This document shows positions 1-9,900 of a stretch of 64,000 nucleotides of DNA, one piece after another; positions within the stretch are counted from its first letter, which is position 1; each line of letters starts with the position of its first letter. The translations under genes were made by a program, and so were the position numbers. Under the pieces are notes generated by a model that had not been told where the DNA came from, ran no database searches, and saw only the letters and a program-made list of their open reading frames with translations. The DNA is from Faecalibacterium sp. UBA1762 (GTDB lineage Bacteria; Bacillota; Clostridia; Oscillospirales; Ruminococcaceae): positions 16,135-80,134 of the forward strand of contig DCHC01000016.1 in NCBI GenBank assembly GCA_002314755.1, read 5' to 3'.

Positions 1-1451
1 TGTGGTACCCACGCAGCTATGGCGACCAACCCATATACATCTTGACCCTGCAAAACTGCGCCACCGGAATAGCTTTAAGCCGCAAAATTGGCTTTCGCAG
101 GTGCAAGCTGGTGCGCAACACCGATGATATTGCCCGTTTTGAGGCAAATTTCCCCAAGACAAGCCTGCCTGCCCCCGCCACAGTGGAAATCAACGGCGTC
201 ACCGTATTTGCCAAGGGCAGCAACTGGGTCAATGCCGAAATTTTCCCCACCTTGATCACCGATGACCGGCTTACCGAGCTGCTACAGCTTGCCTACGACG
301 CCAATATGAATATGCTGCGGCTATGGGGCGGCCAATATATCAACAGAGAGTATTTTTACGATCTTTGTGACCATTTTGGAATTATGGTCTGGCAGGAATT
401 TATGCTTTCTTGCAACAATTACCCGGACGACGCCCGATATCTTTCCGTTTTGGAAAAGGAGGCATTTGGCATCATCCGGCGACTGCGCACCCACCCCTGC
501 CTGACCCTGTGGGCGGGCGGCAACGAGCTATTTAACTCCTGGTCGGGCATGACCAGCCAATCCCACGCGCTGCGCTTATTGGATAAGCTGTGCTATGAGC
601 TGGACCGGGATACTCCCTTTAACATGACCAGCCCGGTACAGGGCATGGCCCACGGCAGTTATGTAAAAACCTACCCCACCGAAGACGGCGGCACCGAGGA
701 ATTTTTGCAGGTGCTAAAGCGTACAGATTACAACACCTATACCGAGTTTGGCTGCAACGGCGGAGCGGAGCCTGCCTATATCAAGCAGTTCATCATGTCG
801 GAAAAAGATTATGAGGACTGCCGACCGGAAAATGAGGTCTGGCGGGAACACCACGCCTTTGGGGCATGGGGGGACGGCCGCTGGCTGGGCACCGATGAGA
901 TTGCCTTTTATTTCGGTGGCTGGCAAAACACGGATGATTTGATGGAAAAGACCCTGTATCTGCAGGCCATGACCTACCAGACCATGTTTGAAGAGATGCG
1001 CCGCCACTGGCCCCGTTGCTCCATGGCTATCAACTGGGATTTTAACGAACCCTGGCCCTGCGCCGCAGGCAACAGCCTGGTCAACTGGCCCTCCCGGCCC
1101 AAGGAGGCACTGTCGGTTGTCGGCAGGGCACTGCGGCCTACCCTGGTCTCCCTTTGCTGCGACAAAAACCGTTGGCTGACCGGGGAAACGGTGAACGGCA
1201 GCGTCTGGGTGCTGAACGATGCCCCCACCGCCACCAACCCGCTGACGGTACAGGTTGTGCTGCGGACAAACGGGGTGGAAACGCCCCTTGCGGAATGTGC
1301 CGTGCCCGGCTGCAAAGCCAGACAAAATGCCCCCGGCAGCGGTTTTCAACTGCCCGTTACCGCCGATTTACCCGAGCGGTTTTGGATTTTGCTACGCTGT
1401 GCCGACCACCCGGAATGGGACAGCGGCTACCGTTTTGTACACAGGAAATGA
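1..1451 (+). CDS. Glycoside hydrolase family 2, beta-mannosidase-like (5' end outside window)
   Basis: The frame of listed ORF 42..1451 stays open back to base 3 (WYPRSYGDQPIYI...), so the TTG at 42 is not the true start. GH2-type motifs MLRLWGGQYINREYFYDLCDHFGIMVWQEF and LWAGGNELF are present. Confidence 0.8.
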   Translation, partial: WYPRSYGDQPIYILTLQNCATGIALSRKIGFRRCKLVRNTDDIARFEANFPKTSLPAPATVEINGVTVFAKGSNWVNAEIFPTLITDDRLTELLQLAYDANMNMLRLWGGQYINREYFYDLCDHFGIMVWQEFMLSCNNYPDDARYLSVLEKEAFGIIRRLRTHPCLTLWAGGNELFNSWSGMTSQSHALRLLDKLCYELDRDTPFNMTSPVQGMAHGSYVKTYPTEDGGTEEFLQVLKRTDYNTYTEFGCNGGAEPAYIKQFIMSEKDYEDCRPENEVWREHHAFGAWGDGRWLGTDEIAFYFGGWQNTDDLMEKTLYLQAMTYQTMFEEMRRHWPRCSMAINWDFNEPWPCAAGNSLVNWPSRPKEALSVVGRALRPTLVSLCCDKNRWLTGETVNGSVWVLNDAPTATNPLTVQVVLRTNGVETPLAECAVPGCKARQNAPGSGFQLPVTADLPERFWILLRCADHPEWDSGYRFVHRK

Positions 1452-1513
1452 ATTCTTGTGAACCAGGCGGCACAAAAAGCATCTCTTTCTTACGGACTTT
1501 ATCCACACAAAAA

Positions 1514-1547
1514 GGGGGACATCCGCTTTTCGGTGTTCCCCTTTTTT
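1514..1547. terminator. Bidirectional rho-independent terminator between convergent GH2 and SDR genes
   Basis: Imperfect hairpin gggggacatccg-cttt-tcggtgttcccc, flanked by an A-run upstream and tttttt downstream. Confidence 0.6.
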
Positions 1548-1567
1548 GCACCGCTTTAACAAAACGG

Positions 1568-2344
1568 TTATTTTAATTTTTGCTGACGCTGCCAAATACT
1601 CATCACCAGGCTGTGGGGCAACAGCTTTACGCCCAATACCTGCAGCTTTGCCATAGCACCGGGGATACAGTAATCTCGCCCGGTTTTTTCCAGCTTGTTC
1701 CATGCGTACTGCACCACAAATTCCGCGGTATACATTGCTGCGTATTTTTTTACCACCGGGTCGGAACCATCCCGGATCGCCCGGTCAAAAAAGCCGGTCT
1801 TTGTCCAAAACGGACAGACTGCAAACACCCGGATTTTACGGGATTTCAACTCCCGGTTCAACGCACGGGAAAAGGACAGCACATAAGCCTTGGTCGCCCC
1901 GTAGATGTTGATACAGGGAATCGGCTGGAAAGCCGCCACCGAGGCGATATTGATAATTTCCGACCCGGCATCCAGATAGGGCAAACACAGCAGGGTAAGC
2001 ACTGTCAGTGCCCGGCAGTTTAGGTCCAGCATCCCCATGCTGTCGGCATAGCCGGTGGTTTCGACCCGGTCAAAAATACCGTATCCCGCCCCATTGATCA
2101 GCAGTTTCACCCGCGGCTGCTCCTGCTGCAATAGCTGCTGCAGCCGGGGCGCCGCTTCTGGGCTTGTCAGATCCAGTGCAATCGGACGCACCGGAAAGGG
2201 TATCTTCTCCTGCAAGGCGGCAAGCTTATCCCCGCTGCGGGCAATGACCCACACCTCATCGTAGCTTGCGTGGTTTTTCAGCGTCAGTGCAAACCGTCTG
2301 CCCATACCGCTGGAAGCGCCTGTGACAATTGCGATATTTTTCAT
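1568..2344 (-). CDS. Short-chain dehydrogenase/reductase (SDR) family oxidoreductase
   Basis: N-terminal Rossmann motif IVTGASSGMG and catalytic YGATK (YxxxK); 258 aa. Confidence 0.85.
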   Translation of the reverse strand: MKNIAIVTGASSGMGRRFALTLKNHASYDEVWVIARSGDKLAALQEKIPFPVRPIALDLTSPEAAPRLQQLLQQEQPRVKLLINGAGYGIFDRVETTGYADSMGMLDLNCRALTVLTLLCLPYLDAGSEIINIASVAAFQPIPCINIYGATKAYVLSFSRALNRELKSRKIRVFAVCPFWTKTGFFDRAIRDGSDPVVKKYAAMYTAEFVVQYAWNKLEKTGRDYCIPGAMAKLQVLGVKLLPHSLVMSIWQRQQKLK

Positions 2345-2371
2345 AACGATCCTTTCACCGGATTTACGGGT

Positions 2372-3610
2372 TTACTTTTTATAAATGCGGAAGGAATCCA
2401 GATGCAGCTCGGCTCCTTCGCCCTCTACACAAAAGGTCAGTGTGTGCTCCGAGCCGGTCAGGTCAAGGGGCAGGGTATGCACACCGTAGCAAAAATCAAA
2501 CACATCCGGCTGCAGGGTACAGCTGCCTATGCAGCGGCCGTTTTCCGCCAGAATGCGCAGGGTACAAGAGGCCTTTTGTACATTGCACAGCAGGGCGATA
2601 CGGGGGTTTTCCGGCATGTTCTCCAGATGGGGAAAAACCGCATACTCACCGTTGTTCATCACCGCTTCAAAGCCGCCGTTGGGGCCCTGCTTTACCAGAT
2701 ACCGGGGCGCTTTCATATACCAGGCCGCCGAAATACGGTTCCATCCGGCGTCATAATGGCCCACGCCATGCTCCGAAATTAGCGAGGGCGCCGGCGCCAT
2801 ATCACCGTTATCAAAATACTGCACATAGTTCAACCCTGTTGCGCGAAAGGTACCGGTGAGGTCATAGACGGTAAAAGCGTTGAACCACTGGTTGTTCCAG
2901 CAGATAAAGGAGCCGTGATCCTTGGATGCACCGATATTGCCCCGGTAGGTATACGGGCCGTAGACACTGTCGGATACCGCGTAGTGGCTTGCCCAGGAAA
3001 GATAGTATTTGCCGTTAAATTTATGCAGCGCTGCCTTGTCATCTGCCCGGTGGTTCAGTTCAATACGCCGAGGGGGCTCTGCCAGGTGGGTCATATCCTC
3101 GGCAAGACGGGCGATATAGTAACCGCACCGCTGCCCGTACGCCCACGCCGGGCCGCCGAACACGATATAGGGGGTGTGATCCCCATCATCATCGATCAGG
3201 ATATGCGGGTCATATTCCATAGTCGGGGTCGAGCCTTGGGGAATGAGCGGTGCGCACAGCACATCCTTAAAGGGACCCGCCGGGGCATTCCCCACCGCCA
3301 CGCCGGTGCTGCAGTTGCCGTTGGAAAAATAGTAATAGTATTTTCCGTTTCGCTCGGCGGCATCAGTTGCCCAGCATTGATCAGAGGGGCCCATAAAGGT
3401 ATCCTCCGGACGGGGGCTGGCGACGTGCTGCCAGGTGACGGCGTCCGTGCTTTTCCAGATCTGCCAGTCCCGCATACTGAATGCAGCGGAATCCGGGTTG
3501 CTGTCATGACTGCAGTACAGATACAACTCCCCGTCAAACACCCGCAGATGGGGGTCACAAACACCGCGACCCGGGATAATGGGGTTTTTATCCGCTTTTA
3601 CTGTTTCCAT
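2372..3610 (-). CDS. Glycoside hydrolase family 43-like (beta-xylosidase/arabinofuranosidase type) with C-terminal beta-sandwich
   Basis: N-terminus NPIIPGRGVCDPHLRVFDGELYLYCSHD is typical of the GH43 five-bladed propeller. No signal peptide. Confidence 0.78.
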   Translation of the reverse strand: METVKADKNPIIPGRGVCDPHLRVFDGELYLYCSHDSNPDSAAFSMRDWQIWKSTDAVTWQHVASPRPEDTFMGPSDQCWATDAAERNGKYYYYFSNGNCSTGVAVGNAPAGPFKDVLCAPLIPQGSTPTMEYDPHILIDDDGDHTPYIVFGGPAWAYGQRCGYYIARLAEDMTHLAEPPRRIELNHRADDKAALHKFNGKYYLSWASHYAVSDSVYGPYTYRGNIGASKDHGSFICWNNQWFNAFTVYDLTGTFRATGLNYVQYFDNGDMAPAPSLISEHGVGHYDAGWNRISAAWYMKAPRYLVKQGPNGGFEAVMNNGEYAVFPHLENMPENPRIALLCNVQKASCTLRILAENGRCIGSCTLQPDVFDFCYGVHTLPLDLTGSEHTLTFCVEGEGAELHLDSFRIYKK

Positions 3611-3744
3611 TCCGTTTTTTCCTGTCTTTCTATTTTACTTTTCGTTGACCGCGCAAAACGGTTTATTATTCAGTATAGCATCCCGACTGTCGGGTCGCAA
3701 GTATTTTTGTGGGAGGAGACCAGCTTTCTGTACCTTTTCACCCC

Positions 3745-3773
3745 TTGCAAAAACAGGCTTTGTCCGATAAAAT
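3745..3773 (+). promoter_or_regulatory. SigmaA-type promoter candidate for the 3887 gene
   Basis: TTGCAA (3745-3750), 17-nt spacer, TAAAAT (3768-3773), in the divergent intergenic region. Confidence 0.45.
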
Positions 3774-3886
3774 AGGATAACAGACAGAAAGCTTTCGCGG
3801 AGAGCTTTGGACCTGATAAGATGAGAGAAAGCAGTACCGTCCTGCTTCACAGGATGAACCATTTCAGGAAAGGAACAGTCATAAAT

Positions 3887-5290
3887 ATGATCTACAAGCC
3901 GCAAACCGGAAAAATGAAGGATGACTGCCTGTTTTACTTTGACGGCACCTACTACCTTTTTTCCATGTACAGCAAAACCTGCAGCTACGAAAACGATGTC
4001 AACCGCTATCACCATGTCTGGCTGGCAACCTCCCGGGACGGGATACATTTTACTGATGTGGGTTGTGTTGTAGAGGATTTCCCCTACGAGGTCTACGCCA
4101 TGAAGGTACACCGGGGTTCCGACGCCTTTTATATGAATTTCGGCAGCTTCAATGCCAAGGGCACCCAGTGTGTTTTGGAAATCTACCGCTCCGCAGATCT
4201 TTACCACTGGCAGCACTGCCCTGAGCTGCGTATTTCCACGCCGGAGGATGAGGGCGTACGGTTAGACTGTATGAACGTCATTCGGGAGGGAACCCGTTAT
4301 TATGGCTATGCCACCGGCAACTACAATTTTTTCACCTCGCAAAACGGTAAAGACTGGCAGTTTGCCAGGGGCGAAATTGACCCTGCCCCCTATGCACCCT
4401 CCACAGTACAGTATATGGAAGTAGCCGATTGCGTCCGTATGCCCGGGGGGTATTATATGCTGGCAGGCATTTTCGGGCATATGGGCTTGCGGGGGTACGG
4501 CGTTTTTGTCTACCGTTCCGACGGTCCTGCCGGTCCCTTTGTCCCCGTGGCGGAGGGCTACCGCCTGTGCGGAAACTCTCTGCGGTGGGTTTCCATGTGG
4601 CAGCGCTGCTTTGAAAAGGACGGCGAAATGCTGACCTGCAACTATATGTACGACGGGTACACCTACGAAAAAGGCAGAAGCTTTCTGCCGCCTATCAAAA
4701 AGCTGCACGAGCAAAACGGCAGCCTGTATCTGGGCTGGTGGGACGGCAACGACCTTCTGTTTGCCGGAAAAGCCCTGACCGCACATGACCTTGCGGTTTC
4801 CAACGTATACCCCACCATTTTAGACCCGGAGCCCACGGAATACCGCACCGTCTGCAGCCAGCTGCCGCTGCCCGCAAAGGCCGCCATCCGCTTTGATTTT
4901 ACTCTATCCGACCGGGACGGCTTTTTGTGTATTCCCGCGGCGGGCATCTTTTTACAGGAGACGGAAGATACCGGGACTGCCATTGTTTTTGACGGCTACG
5001 GCAAATGCGAAATTCTCTACCTGCAGGAGGGCAAGGCCGTTCTGCATGAGGATGTCATTGCCAAGGGCTGCGCCGCCTTTTATCTGCCCACACCGGGGCA
5101 AACCTATCATGCAAAGCTACTAATGAACAACGGGTTGTTTGAGCTGTACCTGAACGACCGGTATGTACAGACCTTTAATAACGCCCATTACCCCGGCGAT
5201 ACCGCCACGGCCTTTTGCAGGCTGGGGGCCGTTGCCCTGCGGGGTGGGTGCCGCATGGAAAATATCACCGTCACCCCCTTTGATGTGTAA
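3887..5290 (+). CDS. Putative glycoside hydrolase, GH32/GH43-clan-like beta-propeller plus C-terminal beta-sandwich
   Basis: I prefer the ATG at 3887, preceded by AGGAAAGGAA, over the listed 3821. KMKDDCLFYFDGTYYLFSMY resembles the GH32 WMNDPNG..YHLFYQ block, and the C-terminal FELYLNDRYVQTF resembles the GH32 C-terminal module. Canonical RDP/EC motifs were not seen. Confidence 0.5.
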   Translation: MIYKPQTGKMKDDCLFYFDGTYYLFSMYSKTCSYENDVNRYHHVWLATSRDGIHFTDVGCVVEDFPYEVYAMKVHRGSDAFYMNFGSFNAKGTQCVLEIYRSADLYHWQHCPELRISTPEDEGVRLDCMNVIREGTRYYGYATGNYNFFTSQNGKDWQFARGEIDPAPYAPSTVQYMEVADCVRMPGGYYMLAGIFGHMGLRGYGVFVYRSDGPAGPFVPVAEGYRLCGNSLRWVSMWQRCFEKDGEMLTCNYMYDGYTYEKGRSFLPPIKKLHEQNGSLYLGWWDGNDLLFAGKALTAHDLAVSNVYPTILDPEPTEYRTVCSQLPLPAKAAIRFDFTLSDRDGFLCIPAAGIFLQETEDTGTAIVFDGYGKCEILYLQEGKAVLHEDVIAKGCAAFYLPTPGQTYHAKLLMNNGLFELYLNDRYVQTFNNAHYPGDTATAFCRLGAVALRGGCRMENITVTPFDV

Positions 5291-5295
5291 AAAAA

Positions 5296-5334
5296 GAACG
5301 GCTGACCGAATTACGGTCAGACCGTTCTTTTTTC
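5296..5334. terminator. Bidirectional rho-independent terminator
   Basis: gaacggctgaccg-aatta-cggtcagaccgttc hairpin with flanking A-run and T-run, between convergent genes. Confidence 0.7.
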
Positions 5335-5369
5335 ATATCGGGTTAAAAGCTGTTCGACCGGCAGCCTTT

Positions 5370-6167
5370 TTACCGGTTTTCCTGTTCAATCAGCTCCTGC
5401 AGGGTCTGTTTTGCAAAAGCACAATACGCTGCCCATTCCGCCGGGTTGATAAACGCATCCTTTTGACCTGCGCACAGCCTTTGGTATTTGCCGGGGGTAT
5501 CGTTGTGCTGCATGTGATTGCCCAGAAAGATATCCACCGGCTGCCCGGCAATACGGTCCATAGCGTCCGTAAACTGACCGCGGCAATCGTACGAAAGGCC
5601 GTAGCTATCCAAAAACTGTCGGCACATGGTATTGATGCCGGTCCCTCCGCACAGGCCGCAGCGGCAGCTTTGCTCCCCGTCGGTGGCATTAAAGAAATAG
5701 CTCATGGCGCCGGGGGTGTGACCGGGCGTTGCCATACACCGTACCGTGGTGTTGCCCAATGTCAGAGTATCACCGTCCTGCAGCAGAATATCCGGCTGAA
5801 AGGTCTCGGTAAAGGTCATGCCCAGCTCTTTGGCATAGCTTAAATCCAGCTGCCCATTTGCATAGGCTTCATCCGGCTTACCGATGACGGTTTTGGCTCC
5901 GGTCAGCTGCTGCAATGCCTTTGTGGCACCGAAATGGTCTATATGACCGTGAGTGTGCAGGATATATCTGATATCATCCGGGTTTAACCCCAGCTTTTGC
6001 AGATTGTACAGTACCAGATACAGTGACTGCTGATAGCCGGTATCAAACAGCAGCAGACCGTCACCGGTATCTACCACATGGGTAGAGGCCGGTACGGTAC
6101 CCACAAAATAAAGGTTGCCGAAAATGCGAAAGCCGGGGAAGGCACCGGTCCATGGCTCAGTCATCAT
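5370..6167 (-). CDS. MBL-fold metallo-hydrolase
   Basis: HTHGHIDHFG (HxHxDH) metal-binding motif; 265 aa. Confidence 0.85.
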   Translation of the reverse strand: MMTEPWTGAFPGFRIFGNLYFVGTVPASTHVVDTGDGLLLFDTGYQQSLYLVLYNLQKLGLNPDDIRYILHTHGHIDHFGATKALQQLTGAKTVIGKPDEAYANGQLDLSYAKELGMTFTETFQPDILLQDGDTLTLGNTTVRCMATPGHTPGAMSYFFNATDGEQSCRCGLCGGTGINTMCRQFLDSYGLSYDCRGQFTDAMDRIAGQPVDIFLGNHMQHNDTPGKYQRLCAGQKDAFINPAEWAAYCAFAKQTLQELIEQENR

Positions 6168-6190
6168 AAAACGCCTATCCTGCCGTTATA

Positions 6191-7141
6191 TCAGACAAAA
6201 AACGACTGTAAAAATTCTGTCATGCCCCCGTCATATTCCGCCAGGGCAAGATATTCCCGCCCGTACTGGTTACCCCAGGAATACAGGATCACCGTTTTGC
6301 CCCGATACTCGCACAGGTCCAGATCGCTATTGTTGCAGTTGACTGCCGTGGCAATCTCCTGCTGCTGGGCAGGGGTAAAATGACCCGGGTCGTACAGCTT
6401 TTTATCCTCGTCGTCAAACCACATAACCGGGTTGGTCACCCCCAGCTCATAATCGGCAAAATCGCGGGTGCGGGCAATATACGGCACGCACCGGTGATGG
6501 GGTGCGATTTCCAGACAGATGATGTAGTAATACCCCTGTGCATACCGGATGACCGGGCAGGCGGTGTAGCGTTCTCTGCTGTAACAGCAGGTTTCCGTCG
6601 GCAGCAGCTGCCAGTGGATCAAATCCTCTGACCGGGCAAAAATGCAGGTGTACGGCACCCCGACCACCGGGTTGTCTCCGCCGATCTCTATGGCCATATG
6701 GTAGCCGTCCGGTCCCTTGCAGACAGAGGTATTGAACAGCGCAATATCCTGCGGAAAGGTCAAAGCGGTGGACATCTCCCAGTGGACCAGGTCGGTGGAA
6801 ACAAAGGTGTGCAGCACCTGACCGCCGCCTTCGCCCTCTACCCCGTGGACATACATAGTGTCGCCCTCTGCCCAGCAGCAGCCGAAGGCGTGATCCATGG
6901 CAAAATCCGGGGTAGCCTCACCGGTTTCCATATTGACAAAATGATAGCAGCCCAGAGGACGGTCCTTGCTGTGGTATTCGCCCCAGGCACGGTTGCGCAC
7001 CCATTCAAACCGGTACAGACTGCCCTTCCACACCACCGGGGTGGTCTCCACCACACCGATTTCCAGCGTCCCCATCTTTTGCAGCCTCTTTCTTGTTGGG
7101 ATGTGCGCGGTTTTCAGCGTGTCGTGAAAATCCTCAAACAT
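6191..7141 (-). CDS. Uncharacterised protein, possible beta-propeller glycosidase
   Basis: 316-aa ORF with good coding appearance, embedded among GH genes. I recognise no diagnostic motif, so the functional call is by context only. Confidence 0.45.
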   Translation of the reverse strand: MFEDFHDTLKTAHIPTRKRLQKMGTLEIGVVETTPVVWKGSLYRFEWVRNRAWGEYHSKDRPLGCYHFVNMETGEATPDFAMDHAFGCCWAEGDTMYVHGVEGEGGGQVLHTFVSTDLVHWEMSTALTFPQDIALFNTSVCKGPDGYHMAIEIGGDNPVVGVPYTCIFARSEDLIHWQLLPTETCCYSRERYTACPVIRYAQGYYYIICLEIAPHHRCVPYIARTRDFADYELGVTNPVMWFDDEDKKLYDPGHFTPAQQQEIATAVNCNNSDLDLCEYRGKTVILYSWGNQYGREYLALAEYDGGMTEFLQSFFV

Positions 7142-7170
7142 TTCTTTGCTCCTCTCTTTAGGCAGGTTGA

Positions 7171-8259
7171 TTAGTCAAAATAGTAGGGCTTGCCGGTCCT
7201 GGCGGATTCGTAGATCCCCTCCAAAATGCGGGTAACCACAAAGGCCTGCTCCGGCTTGGTAATGGGGGCTGCGCCGCCGCGCACCGCCTCGATCCACAGC
7301 CGTTCTTCCCTGTCAGCGGGAGATTCGCCCCCCTCTCCGTCAAAGAAGGCTGCCCCGCCGGCCTCGAAATTGGGCTTTTCCACATACTGACGGTTGTGCT
7401 TAATGCCGTTGATTCGCAGACCGTCCATCATGTCGCCGCCCGCCTTGGTACCGCATACCGTGGTAATCGCCTCACGGGGGTCAAGATAGTTCAGTGCCCA
7501 GGAGGATTCCAGCACCACCGTCGCACCGTTTTCCATCACCACAAAGCCGAAGGCGCTGTCCTCCACCGTAAACTTTTCGGGGTCCCACGGGCCCCAGGCG
7601 TTGCCCTGCTCGGTATCGTTATTCAGCTTGTGGTAGGTGGTGCCCACGCAGTACTTGGGCTTATAGTTATTCATCATCCACAGGGTCAGATCCAGCGCAT
7701 GGGTGCCGATATCGATCAGCGGGCCGCCGCCCTGCTCCTCTTTGTTTAAAAACACACCCCAGGTGGGCACCGCCCGGCGGCGCAGTGCGGTGGCCTTGGC
7801 ATAGTAGATATCGCCGAACACACCGTCCTCCGCCTCCTGCTTCATATACATTGCGTCATCCCGAAAACGGCTTTGATAGCCGATGCTCAGTAGCTTGCCG
7901 CTGCGCTTCTGGGCATCCAGCATCTTCTGCGCCTCGGCGGAATTGATGGCCATAGGCTTTTCGCACATGACATGCTTGCCTGCATCCAGCGCATCCACCG
8001 TAATAAAGCTATGGGCGCGGTTGGGGGTCAAAACATGTACCACATCGATCTCCGGGTCGGCCAGTAGCTCTTTGTAATCAGTATACACCTTGGCCTCCGG
8101 GGTGCCGAACTCGGCAGCCGCCTTTTCGGCACGCTCCCGGACGATATCGCAAAAAGCCACCATCTGACAGTCCTTTACCTTTTTCAGCGAGGGCATATGC
8201 TTGCCGTTGGCAATGCCGCCGCAACCGATAATTCCCACTTTCACCATTCCGTCTTTCAT
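7171..8259 (-). CDS. Gfo/Idh/MocA family NAD(P)-dependent oxidoreductase
   Basis: Start moved to the ATG at 8259 (MKDGMVKVGIIGCGGIANGKHMP), preceded by AAGGAGAAGC. The listed 8415 start adds a Cys-rich non-homologous extension. Confidence 0.85.
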   Translation of the reverse strand: MKDGMVKVGIIGCGGIANGKHMPSLKKVKDCQMVAFCDIVRERAEKAAAEFGTPEAKVYTDYKELLADPEIDVVHVLTPNRAHSFITVDALDAGKHVMCEKPMAINSAEAQKMLDAQKRSGKLLSIGYQSRFRDDAMYMKQEAEDGVFGDIYYAKATALRRRAVPTWGVFLNKEEQGGGPLIDIGTHALDLTLWMMNNYKPKYCVGTTYHKLNNDTEQGNAWGPWDPEKFTVEDSAFGFVVMENGATVVLESSWALNYLDPREAITTVCGTKAGGDMMDGLRINGIKHNRQYVEKPNFEAGGAAFFDGEGGESPADREERLWIEAVRGGAAPITKPEQAFVVTRILEGIYESARTGKPYYFD

Positions 8260-8513
8260 AGCTTCTCCTTTTCCGCGAAGAGTCTTCGCACTGTTTTTCC
8301 TGCTTTGCGTTTTGCAAAGCTGCCTACCTGCAAAGCATACCACAGCACTCCAAAATATACAATCCGTTTTGCAGCAAATTTGTGCACATCCTGCAGAAAT
8401 CCTTTGAAAAGCCACCGGACTGTGTTATAATTGGGACGAAAACACCGTCCGACGCGCTGCACCGCAGCGCGGGTCTGGGTGCGGAATTCGGAAGAAGAAA
8501 GGAATAAACGACC

Positions 8514-9788
8514 ATGGAACACAAGCCTCTTAACCGCCATGCGCTGGGCAACCCCCACCGCCTGTGGAAACAAAACAATTTTGTCCTGTCCACCTTTTCC
8601 GTCAACTGCAGCAACATGCGGGACGGCCTGGAAAACCTGGCAGACGCCGGCTTTAATATGGTCGAGCTGGGCTGGGTCTCCCATGAACACGCCGAAGAGG
8701 CGCTGCAGCTTTGTGAAGAGCTGGATTTAAAGCTGCTGTATCAGGATTTTACTCTGTTTGGCGGTATGCAGGAGCATCATATTGAACGCCACTCCTCCCC
8801 GGCGGAGATTCGCGCCGTGGTCGACCATGTGCGGCCCTATAAAACCTGCGCCGGTTTTTACGCCTGGGATGAGCCCTACCGCCCGGAGGAGACCGCCGAG
8901 ACCCGCCGCCTGCTGGATCTGTTCCAGGCAGAATCCCCCGAACGGATGCCTTTTTCGGTGGCTATCCCCAGCTATAACCTGCTGTACCGCTGGGATAACG
9001 GTCTGTTCCAGGATTATCTGACCCGCTTTTGTGACCAGGTGGATCCCCCGGTGCTATCTTTGGATTACTACCCCTTTGGCATGGCGGATGTCTACACCGA
9101 CGAAAAGCAGCTGGATGATTCGCTGATGTGGTGTGACCTTGGCCTGATGCGTGCACTCTGCGCCCGGCGGAAGCTGCCCCTATGGTTCTACTACCAGGGT
9201 GTCAACCTCTACAAATACAGCCATTTCGAGTTCCCCATGGTGCGGGTCAGCATGTATGCCGCCGCGATGTACGGCGCCAAGGGTCTGCAGCAGTACACTG
9301 CAGTGGGCTCCGTCATTGACAAGGACGGACAAAAGGATCTTTTCTTTGATGACCAGAAGCAGATTCATCGGGAGTTTGCCAAGCTGGGGAACACCCTGAT
9401 GGCGCTGCATAGCGAATATGTTTTTCACTCGGACGATCTGCTGCCCGGCTGCCCGTATTTGGACGGACTGTCAGATGTTTTAAGCTGCAGTAAGGTTTTG
9501 ACCGGCAAGCTGGAGCCCCGTGTCTCGGTGGGTGAGCTGGCCGATGATTACGGAAACACCTATCTTTTGCCGCTGAACCGGGATATCACCCTGGACCGCA
9601 CCGTCACCCTGCAGCTGCAAAAGCCCATGCGGATATATCTGGTCAGCAAGGAGACCGGTCGCCAGCAGCTGCTGTGCGAAGCGACCGAAAACCTTGCACT
9701 GGAGCTGACAAAGGGTGATGGCGCGCTGCTGCGGGTACAGGACGCTGCCGAGCAGCCCTTTACCCTGGAGTACCGTCTGGAAAAATAG
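8514..9788 (+). CDS. Uncharacterised protein, possible (beta/alpha)8 clan GH-A-like glycosidase
   Basis: 424 aa. The AGFNMVELGW... and YAWDEPY segments are reminiscent of the TIM-barrel glycosidase acid/base region (NEP-like). No signal peptide. Confidence 0.45.
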   Translation: MEHKPLNRHALGNPHRLWKQNNFVLSTFSVNCSNMRDGLENLADAGFNMVELGWVSHEHAEEALQLCEELDLKLLYQDFTLFGGMQEHHIERHSSPAEIRAVVDHVRPYKTCAGFYAWDEPYRPEETAETRRLLDLFQAESPERMPFSVAIPSYNLLYRWDNGLFQDYLTRFCDQVDPPVLSLDYYPFGMADVYTDEKQLDDSLMWCDLGLMRALCARRKLPLWFYYQGVNLYKYSHFEFPMVRVSMYAAAMYGAKGLQQYTAVGSVIDKDGQKDLFFDDQKQIHREFAKLGNTLMALHSEYVFHSDDLLPGCPYLDGLSDVLSCSKVLTGKLEPRVSVGELADDYGNTYLLPLNRDITLDRTVTLQLQKPMRIYLVSKETGRQQLLCEATENLALELTKGDGALLRVQDAAEQPFTLEYRLEK

Positions 9789-9900
9789 CTCCCGGCAGCT
9801 TTTGCTCTTTTTGTCTTTCCGCAAACCGAAGCCGGTTTCCCTCTTTTCAGGGAGATCGGCTTGGTGTTGCAACACTTTTTTCAGTAAAGGACTTTTTCTT

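Noticed and set aside
2915-3775. 286-aa plus-strand ORF
   Set aside because: It lies antisense to the GH43 gene, so it is a shadow ORF.
9789-9900. Possible guanidine-type or other riboswitch upstream of the small EamA transporter
   Set aside because: Only a generic hairpin (aagccgg...cggctt) and a GTGTTGCAACAC palindrome followed by a T-run are present. No ACGR loops or other riboswitch consensus were seen. It is most simply the terminator of the upstream gene.
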